Origin: Candidatus Iainarchaeum sp.
GTDB lineage: Archaea; Iainarchaeota; Iainarchaeia; Iainarchaeales; GCA-2688035
Reading direction: 5' to 3'
Length of the DNA stretch: 32,000 nt
Assembly: GCA_028713935.1 (NCBI GenBank)
Contig: JAQTNI010000002.1
Location: 17,854 to 49,853 of the forward strand
The notes below the pieces were generated by a model, which saw only the letters and a list, made by a program, of their open reading frames with translations, was not told the origin of the DNA and searched no databases. Both the position numbers and the translations under genes were made by a program. Positions 1 to 8,795 of the stretch are shown piece by piece. Position 1 is the first letter of the stretch. Each line of letters begins with the position of its first letter.

Positions 1-203
1 TTCATTGGAACATTTTCCGCCTGCGTGCCTGAATTTAAAACACCCAGCTCTAAAAAAGCTGTTTCTTCAGGGTAAAGGGCAAGCAGTTCTCCCTGCCTGT
101 CTTTCGGGCTTATTTCAAACAGGGTTTCCGCATTGGCAACTGAAAAAACAAGGATTAGAAAAAAAATTATTGCAAATTTTGAATTTTTATTATTGAAAGT
201 CAA
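1..203 (-). CDS. 5' part of a gene for a hypothetical secreted or membrane-anchored protein; it continues past the window start
   Basis: The minus-strand frame is open from 203 to 1. It reads (TTG)TFNNKNSKFAIIFFLILVFSVANA/ETLFEISPKDRQGELLALYPEETAFLELGVLNSGTQAENVPM..., a signal-peptide-like hydrophobic core with an A-x-A site. There is no ATG; the only canonical start is TTG at 203..201, overlapping the stop of the upstream gene. Confidence 0.3.
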   Translation of the reverse strand, partial: MTFNNKNSKFAIIFFLILVFSVANAETLFEISPKDRQGELLALYPEETAFLELGVLNSGTQAENVPM

Positions 204-1494
204 TTTTTTCGCCTTCAGAGTTTCCAGAAACAAGGGATGCGAATTTTTTTCTGTTCCTGAGAACAAGGATTAGTATCAGCAATGCAATTATTATTACTCC
301 GGCAGTTATTATGAGATCAATGTTTACGCTTGGCGTTTCTTCCTGAAACCCTTCCTGGTAAATTGCAAGGGCATTGGTTTTTGCTTTTACGGCAAAGCCT
401 GAGGCGCTTTCAAAATTGCCATTATTGAAATATGCAGTTGCTTTCTGCCAGTTTTCGCGCAATGCAGGGACTTGCTCTGAATTTTTCCAGTAATCCGCGT
501 TTTCCTCTGCAAGCACATATTCAACAAGCTTTGACAAGGTCGGATAGCCTGTTTTGTCAATTATTGCGTTGTCCTGGCCATAAAAAACCTGGTAAGCACT
601 GTTTCTTTTTATTCTTGTTTCAAGCGAATCAGCAAGGGTTTGTGAATGTGCAATTGCATCGTCAAAGGCATTTGAAAGGCTTTCCTGCAGGTTTGTTGAA
701 GAGGCGGAAATTGAGGAAAGATAAGCCATTTCAGAAGGCGGGTTTGCAAGGCTTCCCAATGATTTTTTTGTTTCAATCGGCAGGCTTGTCTGTGCAATTC
801 CCTGTTTTAGTTTTTCAGAGTCAAGCACATAGGCTGTTTTTTTTGCGTCAAGTTCGTTTGTTTCATTGAAAACATTTTCAAATTCTGATTGAAGTGTTTC
901 AAGAGTTGAAGTGTCTGGATTGTTGTAAAAAGAATTTTCATAAGCGCTTGTGTCAATAATGTCTTTGCTTAGCGCGGTTGCCTGGCTGTTCATCAGGCTC
1001 AGCTCTGATTTCATTTTGCCAAGAAGCTCGACAAGCGAAGGATTTGTTTTCACTTCTGCTTCTATTGTTGAAAGGTCAAGGCTTGCTTCGCTCTGGAGCT
1101 TTACTGCCAGGTCGCTTATTCTTTTTGAATTCAGCGAATTGAAAATCCACTGGTCCTGCTGTAAGGCGTTTGTTTTCAGCTTGTCAAAATTGTACAAAAA
1201 ATAGCCTGTTTTTATCAGGTCTCTTCTCACGCTTTTTGAATCAGGAATTGTTGCATTGTCAGCAGAAACAGGAATAAAGCCTGCCAAGGAATCCCCGCTT
1301 ATAACCGCAACAACCCAGTATGGCTTTGACTGGCTGCTTATTTTGACATTCGGCTGAATTTCAACTGATTCTCCCTGAAGCAAAAAATTGTTTGTTTTTG
1401 AAACAAAATCAATTGCTTCCTGGCTTGAAACAGCCGCAAAAACAGGCTGGACAAGCAGCAAGGCAAGAAAAACAAGGAAAAAACACTTTTTCAT
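190..1494 (-). CDS. hypothetical secreted protein with an N-terminal signal peptide and a C-terminal TM anchor
   Basis: The ORF is 190..1536. The internal Met at 1494 gives MKKCFFLVFLALLLVQPVFA/AVSS, a classic signal peptide. The C-terminus IITAGVIIIALLILILVLRNRKK is a TM helix plus a basic stop-transfer. The middle is Ser/Leu/Glu-rich. No family was recognised. Confidence 0.7.
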   Translation of the reverse strand: MKKCFFLVFLALLLVQPVFAAVSSQEAIDFVSKTNNFLLQGESVEIQPNVKISSQSKPYWVVAVISGDSLAGFIPVSADNATIPDSKSVRRDLIKTGYFLYNFDKLKTNALQQDQWIFNSLNSKRISDLAVKLQSEASLDLSTIEAEVKTNPSLVELLGKMKSELSLMNSQATALSKDIIDTSAYENSFYNNPDTSTLETLQSEFENVFNETNELDAKKTAYVLDSEKLKQGIAQTSLPIETKKSLGSLANPPSEMAYLSSISASSTNLQESLSNAFDDAIAHSQTLADSLETRIKRNSAYQVFYGQDNAIIDKTGYPTLSKLVEYVLAEENADYWKNSEQVPALRENWQKATAYFNNGNFESASGFAVKAKTNALAIYQEGFQEETPSVNIDLIITAGVIIIALLILILVLRNRKKFASLVSGNSEGEKIDFQ

Positions 1495-1560
1495 CAGAGA
1501 ATATAATGCAATTTTCCAATAAAAACCTTTCCGCAAGCGCTTTTTATGAAAAAAATTTTT

Positions 1561-2004
1561 TCAGGGCAATTTTATGGTTTTTCTTTTCTTAACCCCTATT
1601 TTGCCTGGCAATAGCTTCACTTCGATTAGCATGCTTGGGCGCCTTGCTCCTCTTGCAAATTCGCGCCTGATTGGGATTGCAAGCCGCCTGTAAACACTGC
1701 CATTGTTTTTATGTGTAAGAATAAAAATAAGCTGATTCCCGCTTTCCCTCCTGACTCTTCCCAAAAAAGAAGAGTAACGCCCGCCAATTGCAGGCAAAGT
1801 ATAAGAAAACAATGTTTCGGACTTCAGGTTTTTAGCGGCTTTCAAATCCAGGCTTTGCCCGCTGTCCTTAATCACTCTGACTTTTGCCAGTTCACTTGGT
1901 AGTATTGTTTCCCGCCCCAAAACCAATTTTGCAAAGTTTTTACTCGCGCGGTTCGCAGCAATCATTTGCCTGTAATTTCTTCTCTTAACTGGTCTGCGAA
2001 GCAT
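1561..2004 (-). CDS. hypothetical, very basic protein (possibly nucleic-acid binding)
   Basis: 147-aa ORF rich in Arg/Lys (MLRRPVKRRNYRQ..., ...GVKKRKTIKLP). It fills the gap between flanking genes. I could not match it to any ribosomal-protein or other family. Confidence 0.5.
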   Translation of the reverse strand: MLRRPVKRRNYRQMIAANRASKNFAKLVLGRETILPSELAKVRVIKDSGQSLDLKAAKNLKSETLFSYTLPAIGGRYSSFLGRVRRESGNQLIFILTHKNNGSVYRRLAIPIRREFARGARRPSMLIEVKLLPGKIGVKKRKTIKLP

Positions 2005-2100
2005 ACTTCAAAATAACCAGCAACAATTATTAAAGACTTCGTGACGTGCAGAAAAAAGTTGTTTTTTCCAAAGTGCTTATTTATTCAAGATTCAGGTTTT

Positions 2101-2123
2101 CTTTTCTTTTTCAAAAAGAAAAG
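2101..2123 (-). terminator. perfect inverted repeat plus oligo-T directly downstream of the tRNA
   Basis: cttttcttttt-c-aaaaagaaaag has 11-nt perfect arms. On the minus strand the tRNA 3' end is followed by CTTCTTTTCTTTTT, and oligo-T tracts are archaeal termination signals. Confidence 0.4.
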
Positions 2124-2131
2124 AAGGGCAG

Positions 2132-2291
2132 TGGGGCGTGGAGGATTTGAACCCCCGCCGCAGCGTTGTTCGAGCTTCTTTTTTTAGGAATGAATTCTTT
2201 TCGCGCAGCGAAAATCTCTTTTTCCCAGGTTTTTCTCTTTAGAGAAAAAGCTGCCCGAACGCTGAATCCTGCCAAGCTAGACTAACGCCCC
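2132..2291 (-). tRNA. tRNA-Pro(CGG) with an 87-nt intron at the canonical 37/38 position
   Basis: Minus-strand fold: acceptor GGGGCGT/ACGCCCC, discriminator A, no encoded CCA. D arm GTCT-AGCTTGGCA-GGAT. Anticodon stem CAGCG/CGCTG. Loop TT-CGG-G|intron|A. T arm GGGGG-TTCAAAT-CCTCC. Exons are 2254..2291 and 2132..2166 (73 nt mature). The intron 2167..2253 is framed by a textbook helix-bulge-helix-bulge-helix: AGCTT/AAGCT, bulge GG|C, TTCG/CGAA, bulge CA|A, then the anticodon stem. Confidence 0.9.
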
Positions 2292-3049
2292 AGGTTTTTT
2301 TCAAGGTTTTTTATTTTTCCGAAATAATAAACCTTGTCTTCTATTATCCAGGCTTCGAATTCTGAAAGATTTTGTTGCAGGAAAGGACTTAAAATCTCTT
2401 GTTTTAAGACGTCAGTGCCATAGGCAATTGCGCTCATGGAGGGCAATACAATCAGGTCTTTTTTTTCAAATTTTCCTTTTAGAAAGCATTTGTAGGTTTC
2501 AGTTTTTGCTGCTTCGCGCAGTGAAATTGCAGGGTGCTCGTGCCCGATTACAATTGTTTTTGATTTTTTGAATTCCTCTGTTTTTGGAATTTCGTTTCCG
2601 TGTACAACAAGAATTTTGCTTTTTTCAAGGAAAAAGCCTTCTTTGCTTATCCGCATTTTTTTGAATTTCGCAATTGGCCCCAGAATTTTGTCATGGTTTC
2701 CCTGGACAAGGATTATTTGGCTGCAGTTTTTTTCAAGGAATTCCAGCATGTCAAGTGTTTCTTTCCATTCCTGCTGAGAAATTTCCCCGAACTCGTGCTT
2801 CAAATCCCCGTTAATAATTATTTTTTCAATTTTTGCCTGCTTTTTCTTTTTGAAAATTTCCAGAAAAATTTTTTCCAGTTTTTCCGTTATTTCCGAAAAA
2901 TTTATTCGCGGCATCATTATGCCCTGCCTGTTCAGCATTTCTTCATAGCCAAGGTGAAGGTCTGAAATGACAAGGCTTTTTTCTTTTGGAATCCACAAAG
3001 CCAGGCCAATCGCCTTGATTCCCGGTGCCAGCATGTTTTCGGGTTTCAT
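2282..3049 (-). CDS. calcineurin-like metallophosphoesterase (archaeal MJ0037/SbcD-related type)
   Basis: Motifs in order: SDLHLG, INGDLKHEFG, VQGNHD, VVHGNE, IGHEHP. Start chosen at Met 3049 (MKPENML...). The longer 3250 start would overlap the divergent GNAT gene. The last 10 nt, including the stop, overlap the tRNA 5' end. Confidence 0.85.
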   Translation of the reverse strand: MKPENMLAPGIKAIGLALWIPKEKSLVISDLHLGYEEMLNRQGIMMPRINFSEITEKLEKIFLEIFKKKKQAKIEKIIINGDLKHEFGEISQQEWKETLDMLEFLEKNCSQIILVQGNHDKILGPIAKFKKMRISKEGFFLEKSKILVVHGNEIPKTEEFKKSKTIVIGHEHPAISLREAAKTETYKCFLKGKFEKKDLIVLPSMSAIAYGTDVLKQEILSPFLQQNLSEFEAWIIEDKVYYFGKIKNLEKNLGR

Positions 3050-3089
3050 ATAAAAAAAGCTTGTTTCGAATTGTTTTAAAGGGATAGCA

Positions 3090-3635
3090 ATGAAGCTTAT
3101 TGGTGAAAGGATTTTTTTGAGGCCCTGGAAAAAAAGTGATGTTCCGCGCATTGTTGAAATCTGCAAAGATAAAACAATAAGCAAATTCACGCATGTGCCT
3201 TTTCCGTATACGAGAAAGCATGCTGTGCAGTTCATTAAAAATTCTTTCAAACAGCGGAAGGAGAAATCAAAATTTGCTTTTGCAATTGTTTTAAAGGAAA
3301 AAAACCTTGTAATTGGCGCAATTGGCTTGACTCATTACGAAGAGCGTGACAGGCGTGCAGAAGTCGGTTATTGGCTTGCAAAAGAATTCAGGGGAAAAGA
3401 AATTGTCCCGGAAGCCGCAGAAATTTTGCTTGATTTTGGTTTTAACAAATTGAAACTTCATAGGATTCAAATTGACTGCGCAGTAAAAAATTCTGCTTCC
3501 AAAAGAGTAATTGAAAAGCTTGGCTTTGAATTTGAATGCAGGCAAAAAGAACGGGGTTTTTTAGGGGGAAAATTTGTTGACACTTTTTCCTTTGCAATTC
3601 TTGACAGGAAATTTTTCAAGGGAAAAAAGAAATAA
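3090..3635 (+). CDS. GNAT family N-acetyltransferase (RimJ/RimL-like)
   Basis: LRPWKKSDV..., VIGAIGL, AEVGYWLAKEFRGKE and RIQIDCAVKNSASKRVIEKLGFEFE follow the typical RimJ/RimL-type GNAT pattern. Confidence 0.85.
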   Translation: MKLIGERIFLRPWKKSDVPRIVEICKDKTISKFTHVPFPYTRKHAVQFIKNSFKQRKEKSKFAFAIVLKEKNLVIGAIGLTHYEERDRRAEVGYWLAKEFRGKEIVPEAAEILLDFGFNKLKLHRIQIDCAVKNSASKRVIEKLGFEFECRQKERGFLGGKFVDTFSFAILDRKFFKGKKK

Positions 3636-3687
3636 TTTTGGTTTATAACAAAAAGCCCATGTATCTGAATTTTGAATTGCTTTCCTT

Positions 3688-3733
3688 ACAAAGCAGGCTT
3701 TGTGAGGCCTCGCAAAACTTTGTTTTGCAAGGT
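3688..3733. repeat. intergenic hairpin repeat module, homologous to 19830..19878
   Basis: ACAAAGCAGGCTTTGTGAGGCCTCGCAAAACTTTGTTTTGCAAGGT aligns with GTAAAGCAAGGCTTTACGATGCCTCGCAAAAACTTGTTTTTTGCAAGGT. The core CCTCGCAAAAC-TTT-GTTTTGCAAGG forms a 10/11-bp hairpin. Confidence 0.6.
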
Positions 3734-3812
3734 TGTATATAACAAACCGCAATAAAAGTTCAGGAATATAGGCGGTTTGCTATAAAAGAATTCCCATTTA
3801 TATTTCTTTTAT

Positions 3813-4583
3813 ATGTTTTACCTTGTCGGAATTGGCCTGAACCCGAAGCAGGTAACGCTTGAGGCGCTTGAGGCAATAAAGGGATGCAAAAAGGTTTTTT
3901 TTGAGTCATACACAAGCGCTTATTCACAGGGCACAATAAAAGAGCTTGAAGAAATTTCAGGAAAAAAATTTGTTGAGCTTGACAGGAAAGGCGTTGAAGA
4001 AGGCTTTCTGCTTTTCCTCAGGGAAGCGAAGAATTTGGATGAAAACATTGCACTGCTTGTTTTTGGAAACGCTTTGAATGCAACAACACACCTGCAATTG
4101 CTTCTTGATGCAAAAAGCCTTGGCCTGAAGAGCAAGGTTTTGCAGGGAATAAGCGTTTTTGATTATCTCGCGGAAACAGGTTTGGATGCCTACAAGTTTG
4201 GCAGGGTTTGCACTGTTGTTTCTCCTAAAAAAAATTTTGCTCCGGAAGATTTTTTTGATGTAATCGAAAAAAACTTTTCCATTGGCCTGCACACGCTTTG
4301 CCTGCTTGAAATTGATGCTTCTCAGAATTATCAGATGGGTGTTTCAGAGGCTGTTTCTATTCTGCAAAAAATTGAGGCAAAGAAAAAAACAAAAATCCTG
4401 GATTCAACTGTTTTGATTGGCTTGTATGCTTTGGGCTCAAAAGACCAGAAGTTCAGGAAAGGCACTGTCAGGGAATTTTTGATGTCCGGCTTTGGAAAAT
4501 TTCCCCAGTGCCTTGTTGTATGCGGAAAACCCAATGAAAAGGAAAAAGAAGCGCTTGCAATTTTGTGCGGTGCGGAATCATGA
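3813..4583 (+). CDS. dphB: diphthine synthase
   Basis: The N-terminus MFYLVGIGL...TLEALEAIKGCKKVFFESYTS and the ~255-aa tetrapyrrole-methylase fold length are typical of archaeal Dph5/DphB. Confidence 0.9.
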   Translation: MFYLVGIGLNPKQVTLEALEAIKGCKKVFFESYTSAYSQGTIKELEEISGKKFVELDRKGVEEGFLLFLREAKNLDENIALLVFGNALNATTHLQLLLDAKSLGLKSKVLQGISVFDYLAETGLDAYKFGRVCTVVSPKKNFAPEDFFDVIEKNFSIGLHTLCLLEIDASQNYQMGVSEAVSILQKIEAKKKTKILDSTVLIGLYALGSKDQKFRKGTVREFLMSGFGKFPQCLVVCGKPNEKEKEALAILCGAES

Positions 4584-5074
4584 ACAGGCTCAAAAAGTTT
4601 TCACGGAGAAAGCCTCCTGAAAAAAGGCAGAAAGTAAGGCTTTTGACAAGCAGCGATACACAGGGTTCTGATTTTTTCCTGCAATCTGAACATTTTATTA
4701 TTACTGGCGAGGGAAAAACAGTTTCTTCTCCAAGGCGCTATCGGAATTTTTTTGGAAAGGGTGAAACCATTCTTAACGCCCATTTTGACACCACAACGGA
4801 AAAACTTCCTTCTCCGCGCGAAGCTCTTCTCCTGTTGAGGAGATTTGTAGGGACCTTTTCCGAATTGAAACGTGCAGGATATTCCAGCTTTGTAGGGGAT
4901 ACTCCAAATTCTGCTCTTGTTAATTTTTTTCGGAGGCAAGGCGCGCAAATCACGCAAACTCCCTTGCCAACTGGCATGGGGGCAAAATTGAGATATGCCA
5001 GGAGTGTTTATGACTGGAATTATCCGAGGCAGTATGCAAAAATGCCGGTTTTTAGGGTAATGCTGAGGTTTTAA
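4580..5074 (+). CDS. hypothetical protein
   Basis: ATG at 4580 overlaps the dphB stop (ATGA), suggesting translational coupling. The 164-aa product is basic at the N-terminus. No family recognised. Confidence 0.5.
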   Translation: MNRLKKFSRRKPPEKRQKVRLLTSSDTQGSDFFLQSEHFIITGEGKTVSSPRRYRNFFGKGETILNAHFDTTTEKLPSPREALLLLRRFVGTFSELKRAGYSSFVGDTPNSALVNFFRRQGAQITQTPLPTGMGAKLRYARSVYDWNYPRQYAKMPVFRVMLRF

Positions 5075-5094
5075 TAAAAAAAGAGGTTACCATT

Positions 5095-5406
5095 ATGGCG
5101 AAAAAAATTCATTTAACATTGCAACAATCATTGGAGCAAAAGGCAGGGCATTATGGGGAATTAACCAAAAAGGCTTTGGAAAAAGTTGAAATCCGGAAAG
5201 GGCTGGATTCCCGCGATGAAGCCAGGGCGCATGATTTTCTTTCAATGGCGCGGAATTATTTTAATGATGCAAGGCATTTTGAGGAAAAAGGGGAATTGCT
5301 TCTTGCGCTTGCTGCTTTTTCTTATGCCCATGCCTGGCTTGATGCGGGAGTAAGGGCAAAAATTCTTGACGGAAAAAATGATGACAGGCTTTTTACTCTG
5401 CCCTAG
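5095..5406 (+). CDS. small helical protein, probably DUF357 family
   Basis: 103 aa. The ...ALAAFSYAHAWLDAGVRAKIL... segment resembles the conserved Y-x-x-G/A-W-L-D-x-G motif I recall for archaeal DUF357 proteins. This rests on memory only. Confidence 0.5.
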   Translation: MAKKIHLTLQQSLEQKAGHYGELTKKALEKVEIRKGLDSRDEARAHDFLSMARNYFNDARHFEEKGELLLALAAFSYAHAWLDAGVRAKILDGKNDDRLFTLP

Positions 5407-6565
5407 GCTTTTCTTTTACAAAAAAAAGCATTGCAATTGCGATTATTGTCAGGCCTATTGAAAGATAGAATGGCACAAACTTGCTTGTTGTGTCCCAGAG
5501 AAGGCCCGCAATTATTGAAGATGGCAATGCGCATAGGCCTGTTGCCATTTCAAAAAATCCCAGTGAGGAAGCCCTGAATTCTTTTGGGCAGAGTTCTGAA
5601 ACAAATGCCCTTTGCACTGGATTTAATGCGCCTTCCTGCAGGCCGAATGCAATGAAAGCAAGGATTATTGCTGCGAAGGCCTGTGTAGTGACAAAAGAAA
5701 TGCAGACAAGGAGCCAGAGAATAAAAGAAATCATTATTACCGGCTTTCTGCCTATTTTGTCAGCCATTTTTCCAAAGGGAATTGATGAAAGCGATGCAAA
5801 TCCCATATAAAAAAGGTAAAGCGCGGGAATGAAAATTATTGGGATTCCCGCTTCTTTGGCAAAAATCAGCAAAAAAGAATAGCTGAAGGAACCGAGTGCA
5901 AAAACAGAATTAAGCAGGATAAACAATTTGAAATTTTTGCCAATTTTTTTAAAATAAAATTTTTCTGTTTTTGTTTTTTCAGGTGCAGTTTCTGCCTTGT
6001 GTTTTTTTTCTTTTATAAAATGCAGTATCAGTACTGCGCCTATGAAAGAAGGCACTGCTGCGAGAAGAAACAATTCCTGGTAGCCAAGCACTGCAAAAAG
6101 AATTATGCAGGCAATTATTCCGCATACGCCTCCCAGCTTGTCCATTGCCCTTAGTATTCCAAAATTTTTTCCCCTGTTTTGTTCCGTTGAAATATCTGCA
6201 ACAATTGCATCTCTTGGCGCATCCCTTATTTTTCCAGACCTGTCAAGAATCCGAAAAGGGATTAGCTGCTGCCAGCTTATAGAGGCCGCATACCCAATTC
6301 TTGAAAGCGCCCCGAACAGATAGCCGAGCCAGATAAAAATTTTTCTTTTTTTCCACCTGTCAGAGAGATAGCCTGAAACTGCCTGTGAAATTGAAACAAG
6401 AGAATCCCCCAATCCATCCAGAAAGCCAAGCGTAACCATGTTTGCGCCGAAAAAGCCTGTTACAAACAACGGCCATATGGGATAAATCATGTATGCGCCG
6501 AAATCATTGAGAAAAGACGCGATTGAAAAAGTTGCCAGTGTTTTTTTGTGTTGCTTTTCCTGCAT
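5393..6565 (-). CDS. MFS transporter
   Basis: 390 aa with about 12 hydrophobic segments. It has a loop motif GYLSDRWKKRKIF (MFS motif A, G-x-x-x-D-R-x-G-R-R/K-like) and a second one, GKMADKIGRKP, in the C-terminal half. Confidence 0.85.
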   Translation of the reverse strand: MQEKQHKKTLATFSIASFLNDFGAYMIYPIWPLFVTGFFGANMVTLGFLDGLGDSLVSISQAVSGYLSDRWKKRKIFIWLGYLFGALSRIGYAASISWQQLIPFRILDRSGKIRDAPRDAIVADISTEQNRGKNFGILRAMDKLGGVCGIIACIILFAVLGYQELFLLAAVPSFIGAVLILHFIKEKKHKAETAPEKTKTEKFYFKKIGKNFKLFILLNSVFALGSFSYSFLLIFAKEAGIPIIFIPALYLFYMGFASLSSIPFGKMADKIGRKPVIMISFILWLLVCISFVTTQAFAAIILAFIAFGLQEGALNPVQRAFVSELCPKEFRASSLGFFEMATGLCALPSSIIAGLLWDTTSKFVPFYLSIGLTIIAIAMLFFVKEKPRAE

Positions 6566-6662
6566 AGGATACCATTCTTTTGGTTGCCTGAAAGTTTTTT
6601 TAAACAGGTGCCTGGAATAGGAAATTTTATTAATTCCAAATCCGTTATTATTGCTGGTTTTT

Positions 6663-7151
6663 ATGGGAATTTATGACAATAAGAAGAAGCAAGGAATAAA
6701 ATTCGGGTTTTCCTTTAAGCAATTCAAATACCCTGCGATTTTTGTTGGAGGGCTAATCGTAATAATAATTGTTTTTCTTGCCTTGCAGGCATTGCTTGAG
6801 CCACAGCCAATAATTGTTTCCATTAATCCAAACCCGATTGATTTGGCGCAGGAAGAGACTGCGTTGCTGACTGTAAATGCAGTTAACACTACACAGCAAA
6901 ATTCCGCAAGCTCTTCCCTTAAAGTTGTGCCTGTTGCATCTGAAATGTTTGTTGTTACGCCTGCCTTGCAGGAAATTTCAACTTTTGAAGCTGGCGCAAG
7001 AAGGGAATTTGTTTTTCAAATAAGGCCTTTGAACAAGGCAAACCCCAATTCAATTGTTCCGCCTGGCGATTATAAAATAAAAATTTTGCTTGCAATTAAC
7101 GGCCAGGAATTTTCAAAAGAAATTGTTTTGCAGATAAAAGGCGCTTCCTGA
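6663..7151 (+). CDS. hypothetical membrane-anchored surface protein (beta-sandwich/CARDB-like impression)
   Basis: First ATG at 6663; the track start at 6651 is TTG. One N-terminal TM (AIFVGGLIVIIIVFLALQALL) is followed by a ~110-aa Thr/Val/Asn-rich domain. Confidence 0.6.
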   Translation: MGIYDNKKKQGIKFGFSFKQFKYPAIFVGGLIVIIIVFLALQALLEPQPIIVSINPNPIDLAQEETALLTVNAVNTTQQNSASSSLKVVPVASEMFVVTPALQEISTFEAGARREFVFQIRPLNKANPNSIVPPGDYKIKILLAINGQEFSKEIVLQIKGAS

Positions 7152-7177
7152 CTTGAAAATTCTTTTTTTGGGATATT

Positions 7178-7876
7178 ATGAAAAACACAACAAATGTAAA
7201 TCCAGAAGATTTGAATTATCACCACCATTCAGCGCGCAGATATGATGCTGAAATTGTGGATTCAATTCCTTTTTACAATGAAATCCACAAAATAATTCAA
7301 AATTTTATTTCAGAAAATTTTGAGGTTAACAAGAACTATTCTATTCTGGATTTGGGAGTTGGAACAGGGTTTACAAGCAAGATTTTTCTTGACTTATTGC
7401 CAAATTCGGAGCTTGACGCAGTGGATTTTTCAAGGAACATGCTGAAAGGCGCAAAAAAAAGGCTTGGCAAAGAGCGCGTGAATTTCATTTTTGGAGATTA
7501 TTCAAAATTGAAATTTGGTAAAAAATATGACATTGTTGTTTCTGTTCTGGGAATGCATCACCAGACAAATTTTGGCAAAAAACTGGTGTTCAAAAAAATT
7601 TATTCAATGCTAAAACCGAAAGGAATTTTCATTTTTGGAGACCTTGTTACTCACAAGAATAAACACAAAGCAGCTTTGAACCATGCTTTGCATCTGGGCA
7701 GTTTGGTTGGGCATGCCACAAACCAAAAGATGCTTCAAGAGTGGGCATATCATCATCTTGTCCTGAATGACCTTGCCCCTGTAGAAGACCAATTGTCCTG
7801 GCTGAAAAGTTTTGGTTTTAAGGCAAAATTAGCTTTTTTGAAAATGAACACTGCACTAATCATTTGCAGAAAATAA
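7178..7876 (+). CDS. class I SAM-dependent methyltransferase
   Basis: Motif I ILDLGVGTGFTS, an acidic post-I residue (AVDFS), then YDIVVSVLGMHH and LKPKGIFIFGD. Confidence 0.85.
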   Translation: MKNTTNVNPEDLNYHHHSARRYDAEIVDSIPFYNEIHKIIQNFISENFEVNKNYSILDLGVGTGFTSKIFLDLLPNSELDAVDFSRNMLKGAKKRLGKERVNFIFGDYSKLKFGKKYDIVVSVLGMHHQTNFGKKLVFKKIYSMLKPKGIFIFGDLVTHKNKHKAALNHALHLGSLVGHATNQKMLQEWAYHHLVLNDLAPVEDQLSWLKSFGFKAKLAFLKMNTALIICRK

Positions 7877-7881
7877 CTGGC

Positions 7882-8151
7882 TTATAGCATTTCAAAGCCC
7901 ATGAATTCGCCTGTGGGGATTTCATGTTCAATAATGCATTTTGAAACAGTGCCGGGCGAAGAGGATTTTATTTTTTCAATCAGCTTTTCAATTGAGTTTT
8001 GCTCGCCTTCCGCGACTATTTCAACGCTGCCGTCAATCCTGTTAGTAACCCAGCCTTTCAGGCCAAGGAGCTTTCCCCAGCTCACTGTGCTATAGCGGAA
8101 TCCGACTCCCTGCACCAAGCCGGTTACAATAATGTGAACCCTTTTAATCAT
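7882..8151 (-). CDS. acyP: acylphosphatase
   Basis: 89 aa with the signature V-x-G-x-V-Q-G-V-x-F-R (VTGLVQGVGFRYS) and GWVTNRIDGSVEIVAEG. Confidence 0.9.
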   Translation of the reverse strand: MIKRVHIIVTGLVQGVGFRYSTVSWGKLLGLKGWVTNRIDGSVEIVAEGEQNSIEKLIEKIKSSSPGTVSKCIIEHEIPTGEFMGFEML

Positions 8152-8231
8152 TGTACTAATTTTGCAGCAATTATTTTTAATTGTTATCCATCTTATCCTT
8201 TATGATAATTCAATTTTTTTTGGTGCCTTAA

Positions 8232-8789
8232 ATGGATTTGAAGGAAATCAGGATTCACGGAAGAGGAGGCCAGGGAGCTGTTACTAGCTCGCAGGTTTTG
8301 GCAATTGCAGCTTTTTTTGACGGAAAGAAAAGCCAGGCTTTTCCTTATTTTGGAGTGGAAAGGACTGGTGCGCCAGTAGAGGCTTTTGCAAGGATTTCAA
8401 AGGAAAAAATTTTTGTAAGGCAGCATGTTTATGAGCCTGATTTTGTATTGGTTCTTGATTCTTCTCTTGTAAATGCAGTTGATGTGACAAAGGGCCTGAA
8501 AAAAAACGGTTTTATTATTGTGAATTCAAACAAGAATCAGGAAGAAATCGGCCTGAAAGGCTTCAAAATCCATTGCATTGACATTACGAAAACAGCATTG
8601 GAAATAATTGGCAAGCCATTCGTGAATATTGCAGCGCTTGGCGCTTTTGCGGGCCTGAGCAAAGAAGTTTCACTGGAAGCGCTTGGAAAGGCAATTGACC
8701 AGCGCTTTGCAGGCAATCCGCGCATAGCAGACCTAAACAAGAAAGCCTGTGCAAAATTGTTTGAGGAAGCCGCAAAATTAAAAAAATAA
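8232..8789 (+). CDS. porG: pyruvate:ferredoxin oxidoreductase gamma subunit
   Basis: IRIHGRGGQGAVTSSQVLA... is the typical 2-oxoacid:Fd oxidoreductase gamma N-terminus. It is first in a G-D-A-B gene order. Confidence 0.9.
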   Translation: MDLKEIRIHGRGGQGAVTSSQVLAIAAFFDGKKSQAFPYFGVERTGAPVEAFARISKEKIFVRQHVYEPDFVLVLDSSLVNAVDVTKGLKKNGFIIVNSNKNQEEIGLKGFKIHCIDITKTALEIIGKPFVNIAALGAFAGLSKEVSLEALGKAIDQRFAGNPRIADLNKKACAKLFEEAAKLKK

Positions 8790-8795
8790 TTTTTA

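Noticed and set aside
5-196. 63-aa plus-strand ORF at the window start
   Set aside because: It lies opposite a minus-strand frame with a convincing signal-peptide-like N-terminus, and it overlaps the stop of the neighbouring gene. No start context.
2167-2253. C/D-box guide RNA or ORF inside the tRNA intron
   Set aside because: There is no RUGAUGA/CUGA box pair and no ORF. Only a simple hairpin was found.
3050-3250. 67-aa N-terminal extension of the phosphoesterase ORF (track start 3250)
   Set aside because: It would overlap the divergent GNAT gene by 160 nt. The conserved phosphoesterase sequence begins right after Met 3049, and the extension is low-complexity hydrophobic.
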